Assembly: GCF_009914755.1 (NCBI RefSeq)
Contig: NC_060937.1
DNA length: 64,000 nt
Source of the DNA: the human T2T-CHM13v2.0 reference genome, Homo sapiens
Strand: one strand, 5' to 3'
In this document: in pieces, positions 24,911 through 40,394 of the stretch
Layout: the number at the start of each line of letters is the position of its first letter
Numbering within the stretch: position 1 is the stretch's first letter
Notes under the pieces: generated by a model
Told to the model about the DNA's origin: nothing
Database searches by the model: none
What the model saw: only the letters and a program-made list of their open reading frames with translations
Made by a program: the position numbers and the translations under genes

Positions 24911-26481
24911 GTGCCAAGGGAGCAAGAATACAAAAATTCTTATTTTATGCAAAATATGGTATCTGATTTTCCAAAATCACTACAAAAAATTTAAACAATG
25001 AGCCACCTGACTTCAGAGTCATCTTATTAAGGAAGGATAGTGTTCCTGAAATATCAAGAACTTTGAGACTGAGAATTTGCTAAGTAACTGTCATCATGGG
25101 CAATCCAAGTAAAGGAAGATAAATCAAGTCTATCATAGGAATAGGCAACATGATATTTTTTAAAGAGAAAGCAGAGACAATGAGACACTATAAGCAGCAT
25201 TTAAAAATCAGGCTTTTGTATATTAATCTATCTAAAAATAATTTTTAAAAATGCAGAGGAAGTCTTTTGCAGTCAGCTGCTTAGGACAAGCATAAAGCCA
25301 AAAGAAAGAATATAGTATAAAACATCTGAAAAATTCTATTGACTCAAATGAAGAATAGTTTACCAATTCCTCAGAAAAAAACGAGAGGTAGATGAGTATA
25401 ATTCTTATACCATTTATAATCAGACATATATGGAAATTAACTGTTACACAATGCAAAATAAATGGTTTGGTGTTATATTATTACATAATGAGAGACAGAT
25501 GATATTATGAATTCAAAGGAAGGAGACATCTTTATAGTTTTAAGCTTCAAAGAGAACTTGAATTAAATAGAAAGGAGAAAAAATCATGTAGATCTATGGA
25601 TATATGAAGAAAAAGCATATAAGTATAAAAAACTTCTGTGAAACAATGATTAGATTTTCTCAATAGCAATCAAGGTATAATATTATGATTCAGCAAAGGT
25701 CTTTCTTTTGACTTGTCTGTAAAAAACAAAGAGTCTAGTATGGGATCATTTGGTTCTCAGAATCAAATAGACAGGATATAGACTGTTTTGAGCCTTAATA
25801 GAGTTGACACTGGATACCTGGGTCTAATCAGGGCATTCTATTTCCAAAAGGATAGAATAGGGCTGGTCAGTGTTTCAGTGTCAACAATTTAGTAGTCTGG
25901 CAGGCTAAGATGCAAGAGTGGTTGAAGAAAATAGAAGCTTTGATGAAGCTTTTACATAAAGACCTTTTATTCTGGCTATCTAGGAGCTAAAAACTGTTGG
26001 GTTTTAAAAGGGGTGTGTGGACTCTGTGCCTGAGAAAGTGAAGACTAGTCATTCAGCCTCCAGCATTTGATGTTAACTTCTGACTGGAGAGCAGCACAGG
26101 TTGGTGGGGGTGAGTGCTCAGCTAGGGACTACTGAAATGAAAATTGGCTGGTAAATAACATTTCATATATAAGTAAGTCACTAAAAGGCACTGAGGAAAG
26201 TTTCAGTTCCTACCTGTTGAATTCATAATGTCTTCCATATCATGTTACCTCTCTGACTCCAGTGTGGAAACAATCTACCCATCTTCTGTTTGTTCAGAGG
26301 CAATACAATTACTGTTGGATCCAGCAAAAAATAAATCTGGGTTTGAGTCAAGCTTCCTCTGCTTATGATACCTATTCAAAATTTATTGCAATAATGTATT
26401 CTTAATATAAAAATACCAATAGTTTACTGCACGTCAAACACTATGAAATGCCTGAAATACAGTGATTTAGTGATCCCTCGT

Positions 26482-26590
26482 AGCATCATTTGTTAAGTGC
26501 CCACTGTGAGCTTAGAAGTGTTCAGGATTGGTGATAACAGCATTTATTAACAATAATAAATGCCTTTCCTTATGAAGCTTACATTCTCTG
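26482..26590 (-). mobile_element. L2 3' fragment
   Basis: catttgttaagtgcccactgtgag..ccttatgaagcttacattct. Confidence 0.6.
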
Positions 26591-26645
26591 TTCATCAAGG
26601 AACTAGTGGCATATTAAGGAAAAGAGGCTGATGAAAAGAAACACA

Positions 26646-26951
<306 letters not shown>

Positions 26952-27759
26952 TTACATACATCCAAAAACTAAGATACCCGACTATAATACAGTTCTCTAT
27001 TTTCCAAATAAGAAAAGGCAACAAGAATACTTTTGTCTACCTTAGATAAAATGAAGTAGATAAATGCATATTTTGATTACATAATTGATTACATGAACAC
27101 ACTTAAAATAGCACTATATCAAATAAGATATTAATATAAAGTTATGGCTTTCTTCCCTACTCATATTTTATGAAGCAATTTCCTTAAATCTTTCATGGAC
27201 ACCCTAGACATCACCATCTAATGATCACAGCAGCCACTTCATGAGTCATCTAACAGTTTTCTAAAGCACATCATCTTCATATCTGTCTGCTTTTTGAAAA
27301 ATAGCGTTTTTAAAAGCCTATATGATGCTGTCACTGGAAATTTTATCCCAAGCCATCACATTAGTAGTGCTGTTTTCTCTCACTCGCTTGTCTTTCAATA
27401 ATGTTTTAGGTATAAGTTTTACCTGTTAGAAGACTTCTATCTGTGACTTTTCAAAAGTGATCTTTAAATGGGTTATTTTATTAGTATCCATCATTGGTAG
27501 ATGTGACGTCCTAAATTTAAAAATAACTACTAATCCATCATGGAGTAAATTTTTCCTTTTTTAAAAAAAGTCCTTTTAGGTGACTTATAAAAGCATCCAA
27601 AGTCAGAAATAACTATGATTGTTTTAGAGAAATATTTTTCTCAAAAATTATTTGCTTCGTTTCCAAAATGGTAGTTGAATAAATAGAAAACAAGAAGTAA
27701 GTTTTGTAGCACAAGTAATTCAAATATAAGATAATTTGTTTTCTGTAGTGTATTTTTAT

Positions 27760-28340
27760 AAAATTGTACCATGTTATGTGGACCTACAGAGTGGACAGTG
27801 ATGGACCTTCTAAGGAATAGCTATCTCAGTCTGACGTGCTTTATGGAGAAGGCAGTTCTTGACTTGGATCTTGAGGAATGAATATGGTAAATCCAACCTG
27901 AGGGAAAATCTGCTCAGAGACGTGATTGAACAATCAGATCACAAAACAACAGACAGGTCTGTAAGGATGGGATCTCCTGTTCTGAGGGAGGGGAGGAACT
28001 GCAAAGAGAAGTGGAATAGAATAGGAGGCAGCTCAAAGACAGTTCAGTATGTCATTAAAAGTAGCTTTTGCTTCACTGGCACACAATAAAAAGTCTCTGA
28101 AGAATTTGTATACAGAAAAGTAGTATGATTAGACCTGGATGATATGTAGACAGAAGGAGGGAGATATTTAAAATTGGAGGTGGAAAAACAACTAGAAATA
28201 ATTCAGAGGAAAGATTATAAACAGCTGAAATCAGACTTTGATAGTAGGCATGTGGAAGGGGAAAAAAGACTATGAATATATTCAGGGTATTCTGTGGTTA
28301 GGAATGTGAAGAACATATGGTATAAGGGATATTGAGGTAG
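27760..28340 (-). mobile_element. Degenerate L2 fragment
   Basis: Purine-rich antisense L2-like text (ggagaaggcagttcttgacttggatcttgaggaatga; agtagtatgattagac). Confidence 0.55.
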
Positions 28341-28359
28341 AAATCTAAGGAATACTTTA

Positions 28360-28538
28360 GCCTCAACTTACTTCAGTTTGGGCTTTTTGGCGTTTTTTTT
28401 TTTTTCTTGTAATCTGTAAAATGGTAATGTTAATGTTGACTTCACAAAGTTTAGGGAAAATCAAGACTGAGGCAGTGTGCGTTGAAAAAAATCTAGAGGA
28501 ATGCATAGGACATGGTGGCTATCCAATAACTGCTAGCT
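28360..28538 (+). mobile_element. MIR 3' half
   Basis: atctgtaaaatggtaatgttaat..acttcacaaag..gcataggacatggtggctatccaataactgctagc. Confidence 0.65.
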
Positions 28539-28548
28539 TCCTAAAAGA

Positions 28549-28882
28549 ATTTATTTATTTATTTATTTATTTATTTATTATTTATTTATTTATTTTTGAG
28601 ACAGAGGCTCTGTCGCCCAGGCTGGAGAGCCGTGGCACGATCTTGGGATCTCGGCTCACTGCAACCTGCACCTCCTGGGTTCCAGCGGTTCTCCTGCCTC
28701 AGTCTCTGGAGTAGCTAGGATTACAGGCATTCTACCATGCCCAGCTAATTTTTGTGTTTTTGTGGTGGAGACAAGTTTTCACCATGTTGGCCAGGCTGGT
28801 CTTGAACTCCTGACCTCAAGTGATCCACCTGCTTTGGCTTTCCAAAAGCTGGGATTACAAGGGTGAGCCACTGTGCCTGGCC
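28549..28882 (-). mobile_element. AluS with a (TTTA)n tail
   Basis: (ttta)n then gagacagaggctctgtcgcccaggctgg..gagccactgtgcctggcc. Confidence 0.97.
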
Positions 28883-29703
28883 CATAATTTACTTTTATTA
28901 AGGCCCTTATTACATTCTATTTTGTATCACTGTCATTTAACAAGATGTCATTTTTCTCTACAATGTTACATGCATGTTTAGAGACTAACAGTGGCTATGT
29001 ACTTTGCAGGGTATGTTTGCTAAATAAATATATTGAATAGATGAATGTGTTATAGATTACCATGCCAGTGGGATGTATTAAAGCAAGAAAAATTTATGTG
29101 AAAAAAATTTTAACTGATGAAGTGAAAAAAAAAAAAAACACTTCCCATTTCACTTTGATAGGATTTAGGGCTGAAGCTGGGATGTTAAGAAGAATGGGGA
29201 TCTGGACACAACTCATTATGTGTTACATCTGCACAGAAGATAAAAATTCTGTCAGATATTTTTCTAATAGCAAGATACTGCTACTAGCAAAAATATTTAA
29301 GCACCATATTAAACTATTGTCTGAGTGGTAGTTTCTTATTAGAAATTTGTGCTTTTAATTATATAGTTCAAAACACAGGTGAATATCATCACAGTTTCAG
29401 GGCAGTCCACATTATTAAAAGTTTTCTTAGTTATCAGAAAATATTACTTCTATTGCTGCTCTCTAAGTTGTTACTGCAAATCTGAAGATTACACTTTGTA
29501 GTATTCTATTCGTAAAAATGTTTTAAATTACCAAAATATATGCCAGTTAGACTCTTCAAAGGTAACAGTGTAGACTCATTATGCTATTGAGACTGTCTCC
29601 TCTTTTATTTCTAAATAATAGTATGTTTATTTCTTCTTCAATAAACATTTATTGAACACCTATGCCAATTTTATTTCTGCAGTGTATCGTATGCAATAAG
29701 TAC

Positions 29704-30067
29704 TGTCCTAGTTAGCTGGTGTTGCTATAACAAATACCATAAATAACATTTATCTCTCACTGTTTTGAAGACTGGGATGTTTGAAATAACTGCTCCAGTA
29801 GATCCAGCACCTGGTGAGGGCACTCCTCCAGGTTTGCAGTTGACTGATTTATCATTGTTTCCTCACTTAGCAGAGAGCAGAGAGCATGACCCAGCTCAGT
29901 GTTTCTTCTTCTGTGGAAGAAGAAGACACTGATCCCATTAATGAAGACTCTACCCTCATGACCTAATTGCTTCTCAAAGCCACACTTCCTAATACCATCA
30001 CATGGGGGGGGGGGTTACGATTTCAACATATGAGTTTTGGAGGGATGCAAACATTTAGTCCATAACA
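29704..30067 (-). mobile_element. MLT1A0-like solo LTR
   Basis: tgtcctagtt..gctataacaaataccata..ccctcatgacctaatt..atttcaacatatgag..aacatttagtccataaca. Confidence 0.88.
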
Positions 30068-30125
30068 AGCATTTTGCAAACGCTGCTTTGTTTAAGTCCA
30101 CAATAGCCTTAAAGAGCACATGGTG

Positions 30126-30501
<376 letters not shown>

Positions 30502-31574
30502 TCATAAAACTGCCATGTGAAGAAGGCATGCTAAGACTGCCTTTCTCCCCAGGGTCCTGGCTGTGGACCCTTTGGAGTCCTGGCTATGGCTTTGGAGTCG
30601 AATACGACTCCAAAGGCCGTATTCGTAATAATTAATAAATATATTTATTCAGACGCTCAAAAGTATAGTGGTCATTGCTGCCTTTTAAACATTTAGTGCT
30701 TACTTTTGTAGTCTTTTCTATCTTATGGAAAAATAAGTGAAAAAAGTATCATAATTGTTTGCATGTTAGCTAATATATAGTCTTCCCCATATTTTTATTC
30801 ATCATACTCTTTTACTTAATACCATGTAAAATTATATGTCTGAATAATTTCATTATGATTTAATAATGTATTAACATTCCATGTTGTCTTATTTGAAATT
30901 TTGAATGCTTACATGAATTTATCATTTTTTTGTTTTTTTATCAACGTATGAGTTTTAACAGACTTAATTATTGTCTATCATCATTTGCTGACTTTAAAAA
31001 TTGTGGTTTCAAAACCTCCAAAACACTGATTGTCACAATTAATATTTGTCCTACACTTTATTCCTACATCTGTCCTCACTTTCCATACCACAGGAAGCAG
31101 ATGTCATGAACAAAGAAAATTGATGGCAATCAAAGTTCTACCAATGTTCTATGCTAGACATCAAACTCTTGGCATCTCTGAACATGACCTTGTCATCTAT
31201 AGAGGTACTTTATTTTTACCTCACTCAGAGTCACAAAAATTAGAGTGAGGCAGTTTAGCTGAACCAAGTTTACTTTGTCTTCAGTTGGCTAGGTCAAATT
31301 TTGTATCAAGTATAGCTAAATTGCATAAGAATAATTGACTGTCCTAACCTCTCTGACTTTAAAATAAACTTCCTTATAAGACACTTTAACATAAGCAGGT
31401 GCTCTCCAAAATAAAAAGGCATTTTTAAACAAGTGTAACCAGTAAATTGGAGAATATTATATGGCATAATTATTGTATACAAAATCATTTATCCAGTGCC
31501 TACTGTTTATCAAACTCCAGTAAAAAATAAGACAAAGTGGCAGTCTTACCGCTATTCTTATTTACTATTTTTCC

Positions 31575-31700
31575 GTTTACTGTTTCCTCCACTTGATTAT
31601 ATGCTCCACAAAGTCAGAGACACTTAGTTTCATTGTCACATTTTCAAAGCCAAGAACCTATTATGTCTGGGGTATAGTATGCATTTAATATTGTTTGATT
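31575..31700 (+). mobile_element. L2 3' end
   Basis: tgtttcctccacttgattatatgctccacaaagtcagagac..tgtctggggtatagtatgcatttaata. Confidence 0.65.
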
Positions 31701-34246
31701 CTTTGAGTAAAAGAATTTAAAATTGCCCTGTCATTATGGCTTATCTTTCTTTACCACCACATCCACAATAAAATCTTGTATCTCAATAAAATGACTACTC
31801 CAATTAAGGGAGCTGTTCACTAACAGAAAATGGATTAATTGCCAGCCTTTAGGACTTTTTAAAAAAAACCTATTACATTTGCTTTATAAGTAATTATTAT
31901 TTCAAGTAGTAATGGAGAATGATAATGTAGAGGACAGAAAGTTTTTACAAAAATTAAGGAGGTCTTCAAATACCAATCCTAATTCAAAATGAATTATATT
32001 CTGAGAGAATGTGACAAACCATGTGTTTGAAATTTAATCAATATTTATGTCTTTAATAAAGGCTGATGTTTGCTTTGAAGCATTAAGATAGTAATCTAAT
32101 ATAATGAATACAAATAGCAATGAGGTACCTAGATTTGGGGGGTAAAAAAAGAAAAAAAACATAGATTTTCTAAAGAAAAATAAAAACTATTCCAGTTATT
32201 GGGTCATGATCATATTTGTGTATCTCATTTAGTAAAGAAAGTTATTAGCGTTATACTGAAATCAGCATGTTTATTTTCAGCTCTAGTCAAATGTATATGA
32301 AGGCTTTTGTACATTTACAATACCACTAAGTAAAATTTCTTTAAGTAGGTTATCGAAACTTATTTTTAATGAACTTTTTTGGGGTAAGATTTTCTCCAAT
32401 CTAATAACTAGTTACTCTATACATTTAAATTAAAGTGTGAATTTTGAAAAAGAAGAGAGAAAACTTATAAATGAGTAAAGTTTATCATTGTTCTTCTGAT
32501 TACAATTCTTGAAATGTCTTCATATTCTGCAAATTAATATATACTACTAACTACTAACAGGTGCAATTCTCACTACATAATTTCTTATATTTATAACATA
32601 AACCCCAGAAATAATATTAAACTTGTAATTTTCTGGTCATACCGAAATTGTCTAAACTATAATCTTCTCTAAAGCAGTGGATGTGTGGAATATAAATGAC
32701 AAACGTTCACACATTAAAGATTATAGCACTGGAATTTTCCTAATTCATAATCTGAGCAGTGGTCCTGTTTCTGGCCAAAATGGAGGTACCTGGTATAGGG
32801 AAAAAATGGTTAAGTAGAGAGATTCAAATAGTTTTCCTACGTTGACAGTCATTTCCTAACATTTTTATTTATCTTTAAAATAAATAAACTTTAAAATTTG
32901 ATGTTTGACACTGAATATAAAGCAAATAATTTCTTGGCGCTATTTTGGAAATTCTGTACCATCCTTTGCCTCATTATCCTGGGTAGCTGAGAATTAGCTC
33001 TGGCTTATAGGAGATTCCAACATAGACCAATAAAATCAATGACAAAAATAATTTTATATTAAGAAATTTTAGTAATAAAATTGATGTGTATCATGTTTTC
33101 ATCTATTTTGGAGCTCAGTTATAAAGATTATTTAGAAAATAAAGAATAAAATACCTCATGAACATTCTTAGGTTTGCAACCAGTATTTAATTAACATTAA
33201 ATATAATGTGATAATTAAATAGAGAAAACTGCATCATACATATAGATATACACCATCAAAATTGCATTATTTTTTGAAAATTTTAAGTGAGAGAAGTACA
33301 AATAATTGAATTAACTAGGTTGAAAATATGTCAGTACAATTTCAAATATCTATTTAGTCAATAATGTAAATTCTGAAATGAAACATAATAAAATATGGGT
33401 CTTTACTGGGAAATAACCAAATAAGTTAAGAAAATGAGAAAACATTAATGAAAATGTAGTTTAAGGTCAGGACCTGAACCTGCTTTTCATACCACTTCCT
33501 TCATAGATTATGCAAAAGTACAGAACCTAGTTTGTTTTTCAAATTTTTATAAAAGGTAAGGCATGAAAATGATATTTTTCAGGTGTCTTGTGAATATAAA
33601 AAGAAGAAAATTGACTTAACAAACACAATATATAACATTTTCTAATATGCCAATATTTTATATATATATGATTTAATTTAATTCAAAGCTAAAGTTATAT
33701 GTATATGGAGAGAGAGAGAAGGAGAGAGACTATAATTACATATAAAAATCTTGTAAATGGTGGTGAAGCATATACATATAAGTTTGTCATCACATTGTCC
33801 TATTTTATTGTTTTGTATGTTTTAACAAATTTGTATGTATGTATGTATGTGTGCCTGTCTATGTATTTTTCAGGAAGGGGAAGGTGTTACATATTTTTAG
33901 AAAGCTATGCAAGCAATGTAATCAGGCTACCAAAAGGCAGGAACTTCAGTTTGGCCCTGGACTGGAAGTTTAGATGGAACTCAGTGTTGTTTGGGGATCC
34001 TTACCTTCTATTGAGTGTTTTGATTTATTAGCAAGCAGACATAAGCTTTTCAACAGTAATTGGTTCTGAATTAAGTTTGCTATGAGATTCCAAAGACTTT
34101 TTTCAATTTAGTTCATTAAAATTATTTTTAAATCAACTATTAAGGCTTACAATAATAATATTACTGTTGTTGGTGGTAAACTTTAGTAACATCATTTCAA
34201 CATTGAAGTAACTAACCCATTGACAACATGGGTTTTACCCCACTGA

Positions 34247-34830
<584 letters not shown>

Positions 34831-34857
34831 TGAAATTTTAACCCATTAAAAACATGG

Positions 34858-37682
34858 TCCATTCTTGCATTGCTATAAAGAACTATCTGTGACTGAGTAA
34901 GGTATAAACAAAAGAGTTTGAGTTGACTCAGAGTTCTGCAAGCTTTACAGGACATATGGATGGGAGGCCACAGAAAACTTACAATAGTGGTGGAAGGCAA
35001 AGGGGAAGTAAGCATGTCTTACCGTGGTGGAGCACAACAGAGAGCACAAAGGGAAAAGTGCTACACACTTTTACACAACCAGATCTTGTGAGAACTCATT
35101 CACTATCACAAGAACAGCAAGACAGAAGTCTGCACCCCTGATCCAATCACCTCCCACAAGGCCTTTTTTGCAAAAGTGGGATTACTATTTGACATGAGAT
35201 TTGGGCAGGCACACAGACCCAAATCACATTAATCTGCCCCTGGCCTCTTCCAAATCTCATGTCCCTCTCCCATTTCAAAATACAATTATGCCTTCCCAAC
35301 AATCCCCCAAGTCTTAACTCATTCCAGCATTAACGCAAGTGTCCAAAGTTCAAAGTCTCCTCTGAGACGAAGCAAGTCCCTCCACCTATGAGCCTGTAAA
35401 ATAAAAAACTAGTTACTTCCAAGATACAATGAGGGTACAGGCATTGGGTAAATGCTCACTTTCCAAAAGGGAAAAATTGGCCAAAACCAAGGGGCTACAG
35501 GCCCCATGCAAGTCCAAAACTGTGAGAAACACAGTCACCCATCCAAACCCAAAGAATGGACTTAGAGGCACGAAGAACAGTTAAAGTGAGACTGTTTAAT
35601 AACCGTCTTGCAAGATTGTGTGTCTGGTGGGCAGGCACACCCGGGACAGTCACAAGTGGTAATTTATCTCCTAGCATGCAAGTCCCTCCCCTAGTTCCTC
35701 ATTGGTTGAGTGCTGTGGGGTTACAGTCTTCCCAGAGGTCAAGTTTCATTATCCCCCTTATAAGGTTATACCCTGCTCCCCTTCTCCACTTAAGTTTCCA
35801 TATCCCAATAAAGAATCTTTCTTCCTTTTTATGGGCTGACCCCTCCTCTGCATTCTGTTTGCTTATTGTGACCTTCTAGGTGCACGAGCCATGCAGTTTG
35901 TTACGTTTTGCAGACTGGCGACTGGCTGCCAGTACTTAGATTTATCATACCTTGAAAATGGACCATTTAAAATGCTTTCTCACAAAAATCCAGCAGAGCA
36001 GTCATTAAATCTCAAAGATCCAAAATAATCTCTTTTTGACTCTGTGTCTCACATCCATGCCACACTGATGCAAGAGGTGGGCTCCTAAGGCCTAGGGCAG
36101 CTCTACCCCTGTGACGATGCAAAGTACGGCCCCCACTAACTGCTTTCACAGGCTCACATTGAGTTCCTGTGGCTTTGCCAGGTACACAGTGCAAGCTGTC
36201 AGTAGAGGTATTATTTCTGGGTTCTGGGGGACAGATGGTGACCCTTTTCTTATAGCTCCACTAGCTATTGCCCCAGTGGGGACACTGTGTGGGGTTCCAA
36301 CCCCACATTTCCCATTTGCACTGCCCTAGTAGAAGTTTTCCATGAAGGCTCTGCCCCTGAAGCAGACTTGTGCCTGGATATCCAGGCTTTCTGTACATCC
36401 TTTGAAATCTAGATAGAGGCTCCCAAGCCTCAACTCTTGACCTCTGTGCATCTGCAGGCTTAACACTACATGGAATCCTTGGTAGCTTCCAGCTTGCACC
36501 CTCTGGAGCAGTGGCCCGAGATGTATCTGGGGCCCTTTTAGCTATGGCTGAAGCTGGAGCAGCTGGAACACAGGGAGCAGTGTCCCCAGGTGGTGCAGAG
36601 CAGCAGGGCCCTAGGCCTGGCCCACGAAACCATTCTTCCCCCCTGGGCTTCTAGGCCTGTGATGGGAGAGGCTTCCATGAAGGTCTCTGAAATACCTTGG
36701 AGGCATTTTCCCCATTGCCTCAGTTATTAACTGCAGCCAGCTTGAAACCCTCCCCAGAAAATGGGCTTTTCTTTTTTTCCTACTACACGATTAGACTGCA
36801 AATTTTCCAAACTTTTATGCTCTGCTTCCCTTTTAAATACAAGTTCTAGTTTAAGGTCATTTCTTTGTTTATGAACAAAAACATATGCTTTTAGAAGCAG
36901 CCAGGCTGCCTCTTGAATACTTTCCTGCTTAGAGATTTCTTCTGCCTGGTACCCTAACTCATGTCTCATAAGTTGAAATTTCCACAGATCTCTAGAGCAG
37001 GGGCACATTAACATCAGTCTCTTTGTTAAAGTGTAGCAGGAGTGACCTTTGCTCCAGTTGCCAATAAGTTCCTGATCTCCATCTGAGTCCTCCTAAGCCT
37101 GGACTTCATTGTCCATATCACTATCAGCATTTTGGTCACAAGAAGTTAACAAATCTCTAGGAAGTTCCAAGCTACCCCATACATTTCTGTCTTCTTTTGA
37201 GCCCTCCACACTCTTCCAGTCTCTGTCCATTACCCGTTCCAAAGTTGCTTCCACGTTTTCAGGCATCTTTATAGCAACGGCCCACTTCTCTAATACCAAT
37301 TTTCTGTATTAGTCTATTGTCACATTGCTATAAAGTACTACCTGAGACTGGTAATTTATAAACCAGAGGTTTAATTGACTCACAGTTCTGCAGGCTGTAG
37401 GGGAAGAATGGTTGGGGAAACCTCAGGAAACTGACAATCGTAGTGGAAGTTAAAGAGGAAGGAAGCACATCTTACATAGCCGGAGCAGGAGGAAGTTAGC
37501 GGGGAAGGTGCCACAAACTTTTAAAGGAACAGGTCTTGTGAGAACTCACTCACCAGCATGAGAAAAGTAAGGGGGAAATCAGCTCCCATGATCCTGTCTC
37601 TTCCCACCGGGTCCCTCCTCCAACATTGGGAAATACAATTTCACATGAGATTTGGGTGGAGATACAGACCCAAACTATGTCA
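34858..37682 (-). mobile_element. Near full-length MSTA MaLR: LTR 34858-35231, internal 35232-37304, LTR 37305-37682
   Basis: Two MST LTRs flank an antisense MaLR internal region; catgg on both sides; the left LTR lacks its terminal ~8 nt. Confidence 0.93.
35521..35984 (-). mobile_element. ERVL solo LTR (LTR32-like) nested in the MSTA internal region
   Basis: 9-bp terminal inverted repeats tgtgagaaa / tttctcaca; TSD aaaac/aaaat; MST-int resumes on both sides. Confidence 0.8.
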
Positions 37683-37846
37683 CATGGGTTAAAGAAATGC
37701 TTCACAAAATTAGTAGAGCAGATAAAACACCCACTTAGGTTAAGCGCCCCTCAAATACTAAATTCCTCTATGCAAATTCCTACACACGTTCCTGGACAGC
37801 AATCTTAGTGATTTGACTGAGTACAGTGCACTATTCAATAATAAAA

Positions 37847-37849
<3 letters not shown>

Positions 37850-37896
<47 letters not shown>
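37850..37896. repeat. Pure (TA)~23 microsatellite
   Basis: Uninterrupted AT alternation. Confidence 0.98.
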
Positions 37897-37900
<4 letters not shown>

Positions 37901-37968
37901 CAGGTAAACTCTCTATTTGTGTTAATTTGAATCAAAACTAATTGTACATTAAGAATGTTCTTCATCTA

Positions 37969-38262
37969 GGGTGGGTGCAATGGCTCACACCTGAAATCCC
38001 AGCGATTTGGGAGGCTCAGGTGGGCTGATCACTTGGGGAGTTTGAGACCAGCCTGACCAACATGGTGAGACCCCATCTCTACTAAAAAAAATACAAAAAT
38101 TAGCCGGGCATGGTGGCATGTGCCCGTAGTCCCAGCTACACAGGAGGCTGACTCACGAGAATCCCTTGAACACTAGAGGCCAAGGTTGCAGTGAGTTGAG
38201 ATCGCGCCACTGCACTCCAGCCTGGGTGACAGAGAGACTCCTGTCTCAAAAAAAAAAAAAAA
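37969..38262 (+). mobile_element. AluS (old)
   Basis: Full dimer; TSD aagaatgttcttcatct / aggaatattcatcatct. Confidence 0.96.
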
Positions 38263-38294
38263 GAGGAATATTCATCATCTTAAAAAATATATGA

Positions 38295-39775
<1,481 letters not shown>

Positions 39776-40121
39776 AACACGAATTTTTAAAATTTTGTGT
39801 ATTTGAAATTGACATGAAGTGTAACAATTTCTCTTTAATGCATTCAATTCTGTTGTTTCATTTCAGCAAATTTGCTACAAAAATATTTACTCCCTGATTC
39901 CTCAAATTTTGTGAGATACTCATAAATAAGTTGTCTAAGTTGTTGTGTGAAATTGAGCACTTATATGCCTTTTTAATTGCTGTATAATATTTCCACAAAC
40001 TTCCTATAAACAGAGATATAAAAGAGTCAAAATAATATACTTTAATCATAACATGTATTTTTATGGTACTGTGTTAAATAAGGAGATGCTTAACATTGAA
40101 GGTAGCCGGTTTGACTTTCTT

Positions 40122-40394
40122 TTTTTTTTTTTTGAGAGGAGTCTTGTTCTGTCGCCAGGCTGTAGTGCAATGGCGCGATCTCAGCTCACTACAACCTCCC
40201 TGGCTCAACTGATTCTCCTGCCTCAGTCTCCTGAGTAGCTGGGATTCCAGGCACGCACCACTACACCCAGCTAATTTTTGTATTTTTAGTAGAGACAGGG
40301 TTTCACCATGTTGGCCAGGATCGTCTGGATCTCCTGACCTTGTGTCTGCCTACCTCGGCTTCCCAAAGTGCTGGGATTACAGGAGTGAGCCACT
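40122..40394 (-). mobile_element. AluSc-like
   Basis: ctgtcgccaggctg and ttggccaggatcgtctggatctcctgaccttgtg; perfect 14-bp TSD ggtttgactttctt. Confidence 0.96.
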
